The notes under the pieces are model-generated. The model saw only the letters and a program-made list of their open reading frames with translations, did not search any database and was not told the origin of the DNA. This document shows, in pieces, positions 32,306 to 42,594 of a DNA stretch of 64,000 nucleotides. Source of the DNA: Bacillota bacterium (GTDB lineage: Bacteria; Bacillota; Sulfobacillia; Fermentithermobacillales; Fermentithermobacillaceae); contig JAXGOJ010000001.1 of the NCBI GenBank assembly GCA_040767525.1, forward strand, positions 96,852 to 160,851, written 5' to 3'. A program made the translations under genes and the position numbers. Within the stretch, counting starts at the first letter, position 1; every line of letters begins with the position of its first letter.

Positions 32306-33488
32306 ATGGTCAATTGCCGCAGGGAAAGATTAGTTGCTCTTTGCTGTATTGGAGCCGTATTGGCTTCGGTATTTTGCTCTTGTGTTCATGAGGCCTGCGC
32401 CCAAACCAAAGAGATTGTCCTGCCCCGGGTATCTGCAGAAGCGGCCATATTGCTGGAATGGCAAACAGGAACAGTGCTTTTTGAAAAGCGGGCATTCAAT
32501 AGAATGTATCCTGCCAGTCTTACTAAGATGATGACAGCTCTCATAGCACTTGAACGGGGCCGTCTTGAAGATGTGATTCAAGTATCTCAGGATGCTGCAA
32601 CCCAGGCCGGTTCTTCCATGAACCTGAGAACCGGAGACAAATTCACTCTGGAGGATCTCCTCACGGATTGATGCTAAATTCAGGGAACGATGCTGCCTGG
32701 GCGATTGCAGAGCATATGGGAAAGGGCTCTGCTAATACATTCATTGAACTAATGAATCAAAGGGCAAAGGAACTTGCGCGATAAACACCAAATTCCAGAA
32801 CCCCCACGGCCTTAGCCATCCAAATCATTACACCACCGCCTTTGACCTGGCACTCATAGCCAAAACCTGCCTCAGACACCCGTATTTTAAGAACCTTGTT
32901 GGAACTAAAGAAAAGGATGTCGTAGAAGCTGACAAGAATATAGTCATATCCCTTTACAACACCAACCGGCTGCTCTGGCTGCACCCAGGGGCCGACGGAG
33001 TAAAAACGGGAACCACCCAGCAGGCGGGCCAATGTCTCGTAGCTTCTGCAACCAGAAACGGAATGCGTCTTCTTGCAGTGGTCCTTAACAGTGAGGATAG
33101 ATGGTATGATACATCTACTCTTCTTGACTACGGCTTTGATAACTACAGGCTTGCTAAGGCAGCGTCGGCAGGCGAAACCATTGTTACCTTGCCTGTGTCA
33201 CATTCAACTGAGAAATACGTTCCGGTAATCTGCGCAAAAGACTTGCAAGCTTGTGTGCCCGCCCGGGCTTTAGGCCTAAGAATAGAAGTGGATTTGCCGC
33301 CTGTAATCAGAGCTCCATGCAGTGCAGGAACAATAGTAGGCCAGGCTACCCTCTGCCTGGGTGACCGGGCAGTAGGATACTCTGACCTCATTGCAGGCAC
33401 CTGGGCTTATCCCAGAACTCCCTGGCGTCTCATGGCACGCCTGGGGCTTTCGCTTTTCATACACTTCCGCCACCTGGGGCTCTTCTAG
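32306..33488 (+). CDS. dacB: D-alanyl-D-alanine carboxypeptidase, DacB-like (frameshifts near 32665-32780)
   Basis: [28 protein letters not shown]; sigmaE-like promoter. Confidence 0.8.
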
Positions 33489-33513
33489 AAGGAGTATTTG
33501 TCATTTACTGAAG

Positions 33514-34242
33514 TCAACGGACTCCTCTCACGAGAGCAGATAGGCTTACCATAGAAATTCCCTGGCTGTTGAGATATGTTGCCAGGCTCTCAATGTACTC
33601 GCTTCGAGGGACTATACCTTTCTTACCTATATGAATTACAAGTATGTCGCCTGGTTTTATAGACCCGCCTACTTTCGGGATTACCCTTTCGGCCTTGCCC
33701 CTTAAGACTTTGCCGTCAATAGAGCCTTTGACCGAGTAGAACCCTTGGTGAAAAGATGTATTTATTAGTTCATCATTAAAGCGGCCTGACGGCGCATAGA
33801 AAAAAGGCATAGGTTCTGTACCCAATTTTAGAATTGTTTCTCGGGCACGTGTTAGCCGGTCCTTTATTTCCTCAGGGCTTAACCGGTCCATAAACCTATC
33901 GTCAGTACCTGAAAGTCCAAGTTCGTGCCCCTTGTCCACGATTTTATTGATCAGGGTACTGTAAGCCTCTGAAAACGTGGCTGACAAGAACCAGGTGGCC
34001 TTAATTCCGGTTGATTCAAGAACATCAATGCACTCTTCCACAAGCTCCGGTTTTGCCTGAAATACTTCAACCACCACCCCAATATTCGGATCAACTGTAT
34101 TGACCCTGGTTAAAGGGGTGATTTTTGCGGCAGCACCTTTATCAGAAACCAAAACTCCTGCTCTTGCCCCGAGAACTACCAGTGCCAGAGAAAGGAACAA
34201 CACAATCCTTTGACGAATTTCAGGTTTCAAGTAGATAAGCAA
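33514..34242 (-). CDS. Polysaccharide deacetylase-fold (NodB) protein with degenerate catalytic motifs
   Basis: N-terminal TM helix; GIKATWFL, KGHELG, FFYAPSGRFN and KPGDILVIH align with NodB motifs, but TFDD and HxxxH are absent. Confidence 0.75.
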   Translation of the reverse strand: MLIYLKPEIRQRIVLFLSLALVVLGARAGVLVSDKGAAAKITPLTRVNTVDPNIGVVVEVFQAKPELVEECIDVLESTGIKATWFLSATFSEAYSTLINKIVDKGHELGLSGTDDRFMDRLSPEEIKDRLTRARETILKLGTEPMPFFYAPSGRFNDELINTSFHQGFYSVKGSIDGKVLRGKAERVIPKVGGSIKPGDILVIHIGKKGIVPRSEYIESLATYLNSQGISMVSLSALVRGVR

Positions 34243-34306
34243 GCCAAACCCTCCTTCATACATGGAATAATGGGAAAACATTGGCAATAAAATCCTCAAT
34301 TGCTTA

Positions 34307-34335
34307 TATCTATGAGGGGGAAAAACAGGGTATAA
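34307..34335 (-). promoter_or_regulatory. SigmaE-type promoter
   Basis: Minus strand TTATACC-N14-CATAGATA upstream of the deacetylase-like gene. Confidence 0.55.
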
Positions 34336-34338
34336 CAG

Positions 34339-35661
34339 CTATGAACCTAAAGCCATTTTGGATATGATTCTCTCGAGTCGCCGCTTTCTGGACATTACCG
34401 CGTTAGAAACTGGATATTTTCTTTCCTTAAGCCAGTCAGCGCACTGATTGACGAGGTTAAGAGACTTCATTATGTCGTTTTCATGAAGTTCATAATGCCT
34501 GGCCAGCCACAGGTAATCATCAACTACTGCAACACCCCTGCTTATCAGATGGTTCCAAATACCGGCCGCAGCATCCCAGTCACCTTGCTTTCTCATGACC
34601 GTAGCCAGTAATCGCATGTTTTTGAATCGTCTCTTGTCGTGGGCCGGCCTGTCCTCAAAGCAGGCCAGGGAAGTCCCAAGGCATTGCCTTGCAAGTTCCA
34701 GGCCTCCGCGACTTAAGTGAAATCTCCCAACTCCGGCCAGGGCAGAAGCATCACCGTAAGGCCTGTGCTTTCCGGAAAAAGTCAAGCCCAGAACTCTTAA
34801 GAGCCCGACCATATCCAAAATGTCCAAGAGGTTATGTTCCAGAACCGGTTCAAGAATCGAAATGTCCTTATCCTGTTCGTATATGAAGTACAGGGCAGGA
34901 ATCATATGTCCCGGAATGTCATCAACGCGGCTTGTACCGATGAAACGCTTTACAGATTCGGTCAGGCTCAGCCCATATACAGGATGTTTTCCGAGTTTCC
35001 GGACAAGGGAGAAGAGGTCTATATGGCTATCAAAGTCATGAAAGTCGTGGATGAGCCCGTTCATTATAAATCTGTTCCTGATGACCGGCATATCAAAGGC
35101 TTTGCCGTTGAAAGTGACAAGAACGCGAGAACCCTCAAGTTCCCTTGCGATCTCCTCAAGCATGGTTGCTTCACAGTCTCTTTCGCTCAAGAGAAACTGA
35201 AGGACGTGAAACTCGTCCTTCTTCCACCTGCCCAAACCTGTAAGAAACGAAACAGTACCTGCGCCAAGAAGGCCTGTAGTCTCAAGATCCAAAAAAAGCG
35301 TCTGGTTTAAACTTAGTGCATCAACTATGGCCCCTGGGTTTTCTTCTCCTGTCAAAAGCACCACAGTCTCCAAAGGCGGCGGATAGAACCAGGGAAGGGA
35401 GCCGGCAGTATAAACCGTAGTATATACGCAATAACCTTCTTTCTCAATTATCTCCGGCTTCCTGGAAGGGCGCAGGATTTCAGGTTCTGATTGCGAGCAA
35501 GTATCCTCTCCTGAAACACAGGATGAATCAACAAGGAAGCCTCCGGTCAAAGAGGGTTTCTCAAGAGAAGGCTCAAAACTATTCTTGCCTAGTGCCGCTT
35601 CTCTTGACTGGATCTCCTTGATAAGATTTCTGAGTTTTTCAACAATGTCTCTGTTAGTCAA
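34339..35661 (-). CDS. mrfB: YprB/MrfB-like DEDD (RNase H-like) exonuclease with TPR-like C-terminus
   Basis: FLDLETTGL, VTFNGKAFD, HIDL, DDIPG..IP.LY, HNLLDI; overlaps the helicase gene by 4 nt. Confidence 0.85.
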   Translation of the reverse strand: MTNRDIVEKLRNLIKEIQSREAALGKNSFEPSLEKPSLTGGFLVDSSCVSGEDTCSQSEPEILRPSRKPEIIEKEGYCVYTTVYTAGSLPWFYPPPLETVVLLTGEENPGAIVDALSLNQTLFLDLETTGLLGAGTVSFLTGLGRWKKDEFHVLQFLLSERDCEATMLEEIARELEGSRVLVTFNGKAFDMPVIRNRFIMNGLIHDFHDFDSHIDLFSLVRKLGKHPVYGLSLTESVKRFIGTSRVDDIPGHMIPALYFIYEQDKDISILEPVLEHNLLDILDMVGLLRVLGLTFSGKHRPYGDASALAGVGRFHLSRGGLELARQCLGTSLACFEDRPAHDKRRFKNMRLLATVMRKQGDWDAAAGIWNHLISRGVAVVDDYLWLARHYELHENDIMKSLNLVNQCADWLKERKYPVSNAVMSRKRRLERIISKMALGS

Positions 35662-37946
35662 ACTTGCACCTCGTCACATATGGCATCAAGGACTTGGATA
35701 GACAAGGCCTTAATACCTTCACCTACTTCCTGTTCAGGGCCGGTGCAGCCAGGGCACCCCTTACGGCACGGGCAAGATGAAATAAGCTCAAGACAAGCTT
35801 TCAAAATGTAGGGAATGACGTGAAACGCTTTCTCAGCCAACCCCACTCCTCCCGGGTAGGAATCATACAGGTAAACAGTGGGCCTTCCGTCATATGCAGA
35901 ACGAACCTCTACAGCAACTCCCAAATCTCTCTTGTCGCTCATAAGGAAAAGAGGCGCAATGTTCAGCAACACGTTAGCCAGTCCCGAAAGTATCCCGCCT
36001 ATGAAGTGGGGATCAATCTTGCCGGAAATCTCATTGGGAATACTAAACCACATGCCCTGGGTATGTAAATTCATCTCAGGCAAGCTTATTTCCCCGGATC
36101 CAAGGTTTTCATTGGTATATAGTTTGATTTTCTTGTAAACTGTTGCAAGGGCCGTCACAGAAAGTTCGCCCAATTTAGGTGTTATGGGAAGGTTGCCTGA
36201 AACTTCATCGACAGTAATAACCTTAACCCCAACAGCCAGATTGGCATCAGTATAGTAGTCTATGTCAACTTGTTTCACATATGCCTTTCTAGAAGGGTAA
36301 TCCATCTTGATTACATGGTATTGCCGCCCCTTATGCATATAAATGGCTTGCTCGTGAACTAGCATAGGGGCAGAAGCCCAATCCACTTCACCGATAACTC
36401 GCGCTTTTTGTGTAATGTCTATTACCACGAAATTGTCATTGGAAGCCGAACGCAGGCTGATACCCGCCGCGGGAAATGAATCTGACGACCAATTCCACCT
36501 GGACAGCCCCTTATGAAGAATCTTCTGCTCAGCCAAATGTTCCAAGATGTGCTCAATTTGAACTGTGCCGAGTTCAGGAGGGGAATCAGGATTGACGGTG
36601 AACGGAAGCTCGTAAGACGCACATTTTACATGCTGCCCAAGGATATACGGATTGTCCGGGTTTATGAGAGCATACTCTGGGCTCTGTTCGAAAAAATAAC
36701 CGGGATTTTTGATAATGAATTGATCCAAAGGAGACCCTCCTGCAACCAGAACAGCTGCCGACTTCCCCTGTCTTCTGCCGGCTCTGCCTGCTTGCTGCCA
36801 GGTACTGGCTATGGTGCCCGGATATCCTGCCATTAACACCACATCAAGCCTGCCTACATCGATTCCAAGTTCCAATGCATTAGTAGCTGCCACACCTATG
36901 ATATCTCCTTTACGCAATCCTTTCTCAATAGCCCTTCGCTCGTTAGGCAAGTATCCTCCACGATAGCCCTGGATTTTGCTTTTTCCGAGTTCCTTGTTGT
37001 ATGAATCTCTCAGGTACTGAACCAGCAGTTCACAAGACTTCCTGGAGCGTGCAAAGATTAAGGTTTGAATATCGTTTTTTATGAACCGGGAACCAATCTT
37101 GGACGCTGCATCTATGGAAGACTGTCTCAATGAACCGTTGGCCTTACCGGCAGGAGGATTGTAAAAGATAAAGTCTTTTTCAGCAGCAGGGGCCCCGTTT
37201 TTATCAATCAAAACCACAGGCTTTCCGGTAAGCGCCAAAGCCAATTCACCTGGGTTAGCGATTGTGGCAGAAGCCAGAATAAACTGAGGCGATGTACCGT
37301 AAAAGAGGCAAATTCGCTTGAGGCGCCTTATGACATTTGCTACGTGACTCCCAAAAACCCCTCTGTAGTTATGCATTTCGTCAATGATCACATATTTCAG
37401 TGATGTAAATAACCTTACCCATGTAGGATGATGGGGAAGAATGGCTTGGTGAAGCATGTCGGGATTAGTAATTATGATTTGCCCTGTTTCTTTCGCCAAT
37501 CGCCTCTTTTGCGTTGGAGTATCTCCATCAAAGGTAAAAGTCTTTATTGAAAGTTTTCCCATCTTGCACATATCTTCAACTTCCGCCAGTTGGTCCTGGG
37601 CAAGGGCCTTAGTAGGGAACATATACAGGGCTCGCGCGCGATTGTCCTTGAGGATGGCATCTAGCACAGGCAAATTGTAGCACATGGTTTTTCCTGACGC
37701 GGTCGGGGTTACTATGCAGATGTCCTCACCCTGCAAGGCGCGATCATAGGCTTCCCTTTGGTGAGAATAAAGAGCTGTTATGGCTTTTTCCCTCAATGCC
37801 TGTTTCAGCAAAGGGTGCAGCTCTTCAGGAATATCCAGATAATCGCCAAAAGCGGCAGGAAAATGGTGCCAGGCAGTGATACAGCTTAAAAACCTCGGAT
37901 CCTGACGCAAATCTTTCAACACGTCTTCTACGTTCCTTCTCACCAT
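35658..37946 (-). CDS. mrfA: DEAH-box helicase with DUF1998 (YprA/MrfA/Hrq family)
   Basis: PTASGKT, FPTKALAQDQ, IIDEMH, SATIANP, TNALELGIDVG, QQAGRAGRR, DSYPGGVG, CPCRKGCPGC. Confidence 0.92.
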   Translation of the reverse strand: MVRRNVEDVLKDLRQDPRFLSCITAWHHFPAAFGDYLDIPEELHPLLKQALREKAITALYSHQREAYDRALQGEDICIVTPTASGKTMCYNLPVLDAILKDNRARALYMFPTKALAQDQLAEVEDMCKMGKLSIKTFTFDGDTPTQKRRLAKETGQIIITNPDMLHQAILPHHPTWVRLFTSLKYVIIDEMHNYRGVFGSHVANVIRRLKRICLFYGTSPQFILASATIANPGELALALTGKPVVLIDKNGAPAAEKDFIFYNPPAGKANGSLRQSSIDAASKIGSRFIKNDIQTLIFARSRKSCELLVQYLRDSYNKELGKSKIQGYRGGYLPNERRAIEKGLRKGDIIGVAATNALELGIDVGRLDVVLMAGYPGTIASTWQQAGRAGRRQGKSAAVLVAGGSPLDQFIIKNPGYFFEQSPEYALINPDNPYILGQHVKCASYELPFTVNPDSPPELGTVQIEHILEHLAEQKILHKGLSRWNWSSDSFPAAGISLRSASNDNFVVIDITQKARVIGEVDWASAPMLVHEQAIYMHKGRQYHVIKMDYPSRKAYVKQVDIDYYTDANLAVGVKVITVDEVSGNLPITPKLGELSVTALATVYKKIKLYTNENLGSGEISLPEMNLHTQGMWFSIPNEISGKIDPHFIGGILSGLANVLLNIAPLFLMSDKRDLGVAVEVRSAYDGRPTVYLYDSYPGGVGLAEKAFHVIPYILKACLELISSCPCRKGCPGCTGPEQEVGEGIKALSIQVLDAICDEVQV

Positions 37947-38063
37947 CTGGATGAGTCCCTCCTAAGATAACACAACCTTATTTTTCCTGGTGATTAACCG
38001 CTCTTTATCAGGTAGTATCTTAATATAACCACGTTATGTCAAGGAAGCAGGAGGTCACCATTA

Positions 38064-38966
38064 ATGCCAAAATCTAGACACAGAAAGGTTGCTCCACTAA
38101 AACTCACGGCTACAGTCTTACTTCTCGTGACGAGTCTCCTTGTTCCTATTCGAGGTTACACAGCTCCTCTCCTTCGAACAGGGAGTTACGGGGACAATGT
38201 GGCTATGTTGCAGAAATACCTTCAAAATGCAGGATTCAATCCAGGCTATATCGACGGGGCTTTCGGCCCAAAGACCCAATCTGCAGTAATTGCTTTCCAA
38301 AGACACTCAGGCCTGGTTCCTGACGGAATCGTGGGCCCACTGACCTGGGCTGCCCTTGAAAGGGCAAACAGTATCTCAAGAGGTACAGGCCCTTTGAGGG
38401 GGAGGACAATTGTTATAGATCCAGGCCATGGAGGGCCTGAGCCCGGTGCCATATCATACTGGGGAGACAAAGAAAAGAACTTCACTCTGGATATAGCTGC
38501 CAAAGTGCGATACTACCTGGAGTCTCAAGGTGCAGTTGTGATAATGACAAGGTACGGAGACTATTCGCCAGGCAGTGACTGGCCACTACCGGCCGATGAT
38601 CTTCTCGCCAGAGTATCTATTGCCAACTCCCGGGACGCTGATCTTTTCCTAAGCATACATATCAATGCGTATCCCAAAGACCCTGGAGTATCGGGTGTCA
38701 TGGGTTTCTACCGGACTGGATCCCGGGAATCCCAAAAACTGGCCCAAGTCCTGGCAAACCGGGTATCAGGCGCAACAAACCTCAGGCTTATTGATGTTCA
38801 AACCGGCCCGTACTATGTGCTTAACCACACTTACATGCCTGCGGCTTTGATGGAAATCGGATTCATGACTAACTGGAATGATGTGAATCTCTTGAAGCAA
38901 AACTGGTTCCAGGATTCGGTTGCAAAAGGGCTGGCCAGGGGAGTAAGTGAGTACCTAGGCCGTTAA
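38064..38966 (+). CDS. N-acetylmuramoyl-L-alanine amidase with N-terminal PG-binding domain
   Basis: Signal peptide, LRTGSYG..V..LQ..L..IDGAFGPKT..DGIVGPLTW, IDPGHGG, EK, SIHINA, ALMEIGFMTN. Confidence 0.92.
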   Translation: MPKSRHRKVAPLKLTATVLLLVTSLLVPIRGYTAPLLRTGSYGDNVAMLQKYLQNAGFNPGYIDGAFGPKTQSAVIAFQRHSGLVPDGIVGPLTWAALERANSISRGTGPLRGRTIVIDPGHGGPEPGAISYWGDKEKNFTLDIAAKVRYYLESQGAVVIMTRYGDYSPGSDWPLPADDLLARVSIANSRDADLFLSIHINAYPKDPGVSGVMGFYRTGSRESQKLAQVLANRVSGATNLRLIDVQTGPYYVLNHTYMPAALMEIGFMTNWNDVNLLKQNWFQDSVAKGLARGVSEYLGR

Positions 38967-39018
38967 CCAGATCATACCAGATCCTATAGTTGAAACTGCA
39001 TATGTGGGGATGCTTGCA

Positions 39019-39056
39019 GTGCCCGCCTGATCATAACAAGGCGGGCACGTTTCTTT
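39019..39056 (+). terminator. Intrinsic terminator after the amidase gene
   Basis: gtgcccgcct / aggcgggcac 10-bp stem, then gtttctttt. Confidence 0.75.
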
Positions 39057-39233
39057 TGAGAAAGCCCATAGCCAGGCCAGGAAATCCTTGCCCTCTATAG
39101 CAAATGCAGGTTGTCTTGCTATGCTCCTCTTACCGGCCCAACTATTACCTTCGAACAACGTGGCTATCGTTGGTATACTTATGTCAACTGCCAGTATATT
39201 TTGCATTTTTACAGAAGGAGGGGAGGCGGGGCT

Positions 39234-39770
39234 ATGTCCATAAGAGATATCCGGTGGAAATATGTGCTTCTATGGGCACTGGTGATACTATCCATATTGA
39301 GCCTTGCCAATTACTCCTATCGAATCCTGGGCTTGGAAAGGCCCCTTGAAAAGAGTCTGGCACGTGATCCTGACGTTGCCTGGAGTGAAGTTACTGCTTC
39401 TCAGAATAAAACCGTCGTTAAGGTAAGCTTGAAATATGTTGAAGATCTTTCTTTGACCCATTTACGAATTGAAGAAACGGTCAAAGCGGCACTCGGTAAC
39501 AGAGATTATGAAATAGTGGTCCAGGATGTTCCCGATGAAATTTTGGAAAAGGCATATGCCTCAATTCACTATTACGTAGAAGAAGCCAGAATACGTGGGA
39601 ATTTTGGCGAAATGGCCAGGCAATCAACATCAGTATTGGAAGAAGCGGGGATAGACGACTTTAAACTTACGGTGAACCAGGACAGAATCTACGTACAACT
39701 CCGTCTTCAAAGCCACTATCTATACAAAATCATGAAACTGAAAGATGTAAAAGGAGGCACAGAACTATGA
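39234..39770 (+). CDS. Hypothetical single-pass membrane protein
   Basis: RBS GGAGG, N-terminal TM helix (YVLLWALVILSILSLA), stop overlaps the start of the next gene (ATGA). Confidence 0.75.
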   Translation: MSIRDIRWKYVLLWALVILSILSLANYSYRILGLERPLEKSLARDPDVAWSEVTASQNKTVVKVSLKYVEDLSLTHLRIEETVKAALGNRDYEIVVQDVPDEILEKAYASIHYYVEEARIRGNFGEMARQSTSVLEEAGIDDFKLTVNQDRIYVQLRLQSHYLYKIMKLKDVKGGTEL

Positions 39771-41303
39771 AGCAAAAAGAATTACTTTTGGGCGTAGGAA
39801 TAGGAGTTCTGGCCTTCCTTATTGCCCTGGAAGTAAACGTCTGGCCTGTTCTTTTACTGTCAGGCCTGGGCTACTTTCTTTACTCGTCAGGTGGACAGAT
39901 CAAAGATATAGGCAGGCGAAAAGTGGGAGCTCTGGTAGCAGAGAGCCCTAACGTTAGCTTTGGAAGATATCGGAGGCCAAAACGTAGCGAAGAGGGAACT
40001 GATTGAAGCTCTTGAGTTTTTGCGTGTCTATGAAAGCCACTAAACTCGGAATTCGCCCATTGAAAGGAATACTCCTGACAGGCCCTCAGGGACAGGGAAA
40101 ACCCTTCTGGCCAAAGCTGCGGCGAATTACACTGACTCTGTATTCATATCAGCCTCAGGCTCTGAGTTCATCGAGATCTATGCCGGGCTGGGGGCTCAAA
40201 GAGTAAGAGACCTGTTCTTAAGGGCACGGAAACTTGCCAGGGATCGTAAGAAGCCCGGAGCTATAATATTTATTGACGAAATTGAAGTTCTGGCAGGTAA
40301 GCGAGGGGCCCAGTCAGGGCACCTCGAATATGACCAGACTCTTAACCAGCTGCTGGTTGAAATGGACGGCCTGACATGTGACGCCGGTACCAGAACTCTT
40401 GTGATAGCGGCAACCAACAGGCCTGATCTACTGGACCCTGCGATCCTAAGGCCCGGGCGGTTTGACCGGACGGTAAGGGTTGATCTTCCCGATAAAGAGG
40501 GCCGTTTAGAAATACTCAGTCTTCACCTGAAGAACAAGCCCCTTTCTGGGGAGGTCAATCTGGATAATGTTGCCAGAGAAACATTCGGGTTGTCAGGAGC
40601 TCACCTTGAGAGCCTGTGCAATGAAGCGGCCATTTGCACGTTGCGCAGAGGGGGAAATAACATAACCCCGGGGGATCTCGCGGAAGCCCTGGATAAAGTG
40701 ATTCTAGGTGAAAAACTTGAAAGGCGCCCGGCAGACAGCGAAATGCGGCGGGTGTGTGCCCATGAGGCAGGCCATGCCATTGTCGCGGAAATTGCAAGGC
40801 CGGGTTCCGTTGCCCAGATCACAGTGTCCCCAAGGGGAAACGCCCTGGGATTTGTAAGGCACTCACCTAAAGAAGATAGGTACCTGTATCCCAAAGAAGT
40901 GCTGGAGGAAGAAATTCAGATTCTTCTTGCAGGAGCCGTTGCAGAAAACCTGCTGTTTGGCTCCAGGAGCACAGGAGCGGCAAATGATTTCCAAAGGGCC
41001 CTTGACATTGCCAAAAGGATCGTAATGTATGGAATGTCACCAATTGGGGTTGTGGACAGAGATACAATGTCACCTGACGTGATTGCAAAGGCCACAAACG
41101 ATATCATCAAAAAAGCCGAAATCTCGGCATCGAATGTTATCAAGAGCCACCAAGGTGTTCTCGTCAGGTTGTCCCAAAAGCTCCTTGAAGAAGAATCAAT
41201 TTCGGGTAAAGATTTGAGAGATTACCTGAACCTGCCCGGCAAACTTTCATGGAAATGGAGGAAACCACCTATCCGGAGAAGTAAAATAAAAGGAGGAGTA
41301 TAA
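39767..41303 (+). CDS. FtsH-like AAA+ zinc metalloprotease paralogue (at least 3 frameshifts near 39960-40200)
   Basis: N-terminal TM; LKGILLTGP..GKTLLAKA (frame-corrected), SEFIEIYAG, IFIDEIE, AATNRPDLLDPAILRPGRFDR, HEAGH, GAANDF. Confidence 0.9.
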
Positions 41304-41323
41304 ACTCCTTTTCCTTTTCGGGG

Positions 41324-42577
41324 GTGGTATTAGTGCAATCCGAAATCTTATCTATAGGTACCGAGCTTTTGCTGGGCGAAATTACAGATACAAATGCCCA
41401 ATATCTTTCCTCCCGCTTGAGAGATATTGGTGTAAATGTGTACAGAAGAATCACTGTCGGTGATAATCCGGCAAGGCTTATTTCTGCTTTTGAAGACTCA
41501 ATCCAAAGGGCAGACATTATTATAGCTACCGGAGGCTTAGGCCCCACTGACGACGATCTGACTGCCCACTGCCTTGCATCCGCTTTAAAGCGAAACCTTG
41601 TATTTGATGAAGAGGCTTGGGCCAGTATTGAAAAATGGTTTGCTAAACGCAAACGGCCAAGTGATCCTTCCGACAGAAAACAAGCATACATCGTATCAGG
41701 CGGATTTTTTATTCCGAATCCCTCAGGTACGGCACCGGGTCAAGGAGTCTTTTTCAACGGTAAAATGGCTTTGCTTTTGCCCGGCCCTCCATTTGAGATG
41801 AAACCAATGTTTGAAACATATGTGATCCCTCTTATCAAACAGCACTTTCATGATCTTGTCCCTATACACTACGTAAATCTTAATGTAGTTGGGCTTCCTG
41901 AATCTAGAGTCGCTGACGCTGTCAAGGACCTTATGACCAGCCACAACCCATCTTTGGCCCCATATACGGGTACAGGGCAGGTCAGACTGAGGATTGCTGC
42001 AAGGGGCCACAACGAAGCTGAGACAATGAACATGATTTCAACAGTGGAAAAAGAAGTGCGGCAGAGATTGGGCCATCACATATACGGTAAGAATGAGGAG
42101 ACTCTTGAGGAAACAATAGGGAGACTTTTAGGGAAGAAGGGACTTACACTTGCCGTAGCCGAATCTGTAACAGGAGGCCTGGTCTGCCACAGAATAACTG
42201 AGGTGCCCGGTAGCTCAAAGTACTTCAAGATGGGCATGGTTGCTTATAACCCAGGTGTTAAGGTATCAAACCTAGGCATCCGGCCCGAGGCTGTATACAA
42301 GGATGAGGCTGTAAACCAGGAGGTAGCTATGTCCATGGCCGAAAGCGTACGGCTTTTGGCAGGTGCTGACATTGGACTGGCAACTACGGGGTTCGCCGGC
42401 CCGGACGGGGGAACCGCTAATGAACCAGCAGGTACGGTTTACATAGGCATTAGCCACAAAAAGGGCACTTGTGTGGACAAAATAGTCCACCCCAGCTCAA
42501 GATCCAGGACCAAGGCCTATGCATCTTTACGTGCCCTGTACACATTGTACCGTTTTTTGACGGAACGTCACATTTGA
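41324..42577 (+). CDS. cinA: Competence/damage-inducible protein CinA
   Basis: IGTELLLGEITDTNAQYL, TGGLGPTDDDLT, GTAPG, LPGPP.EM, AESVTGG, PGSS.YF, TTGFAGPDGG. Confidence 0.95.
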   Translation: MVLVQSEILSIGTELLLGEITDTNAQYLSSRLRDIGVNVYRRITVGDNPARLISAFEDSIQRADIIIATGGLGPTDDDLTAHCLASALKRNLVFDEEAWASIEKWFAKRKRPSDPSDRKQAYIVSGGFFIPNPSGTAPGQGVFFNGKMALLLPGPPFEMKPMFETYVIPLIKQHFHDLVPIHYVNLNVVGLPESRVADAVKDLMTSHNPSLAPYTGTGQVRLRIAARGHNEAETMNMISTVEKEVRQRLGHHIYGKNEETLEETIGRLLGKKGLTLAVAESVTGGLVCHRITEVPGSSKYFKMGMVAYNPGVKVSNLGIRPEAVYKDEAVNQEVAMSMAESVRLLAGADIGLATTGFAGPDGGTANEPAGTVYIGISHKKGTCVDKIVHPSSRSRTKAYASLRALYTLYRFLTERHI

Positions 42578-42594
42578 AAGGGGATGTGAACCTA

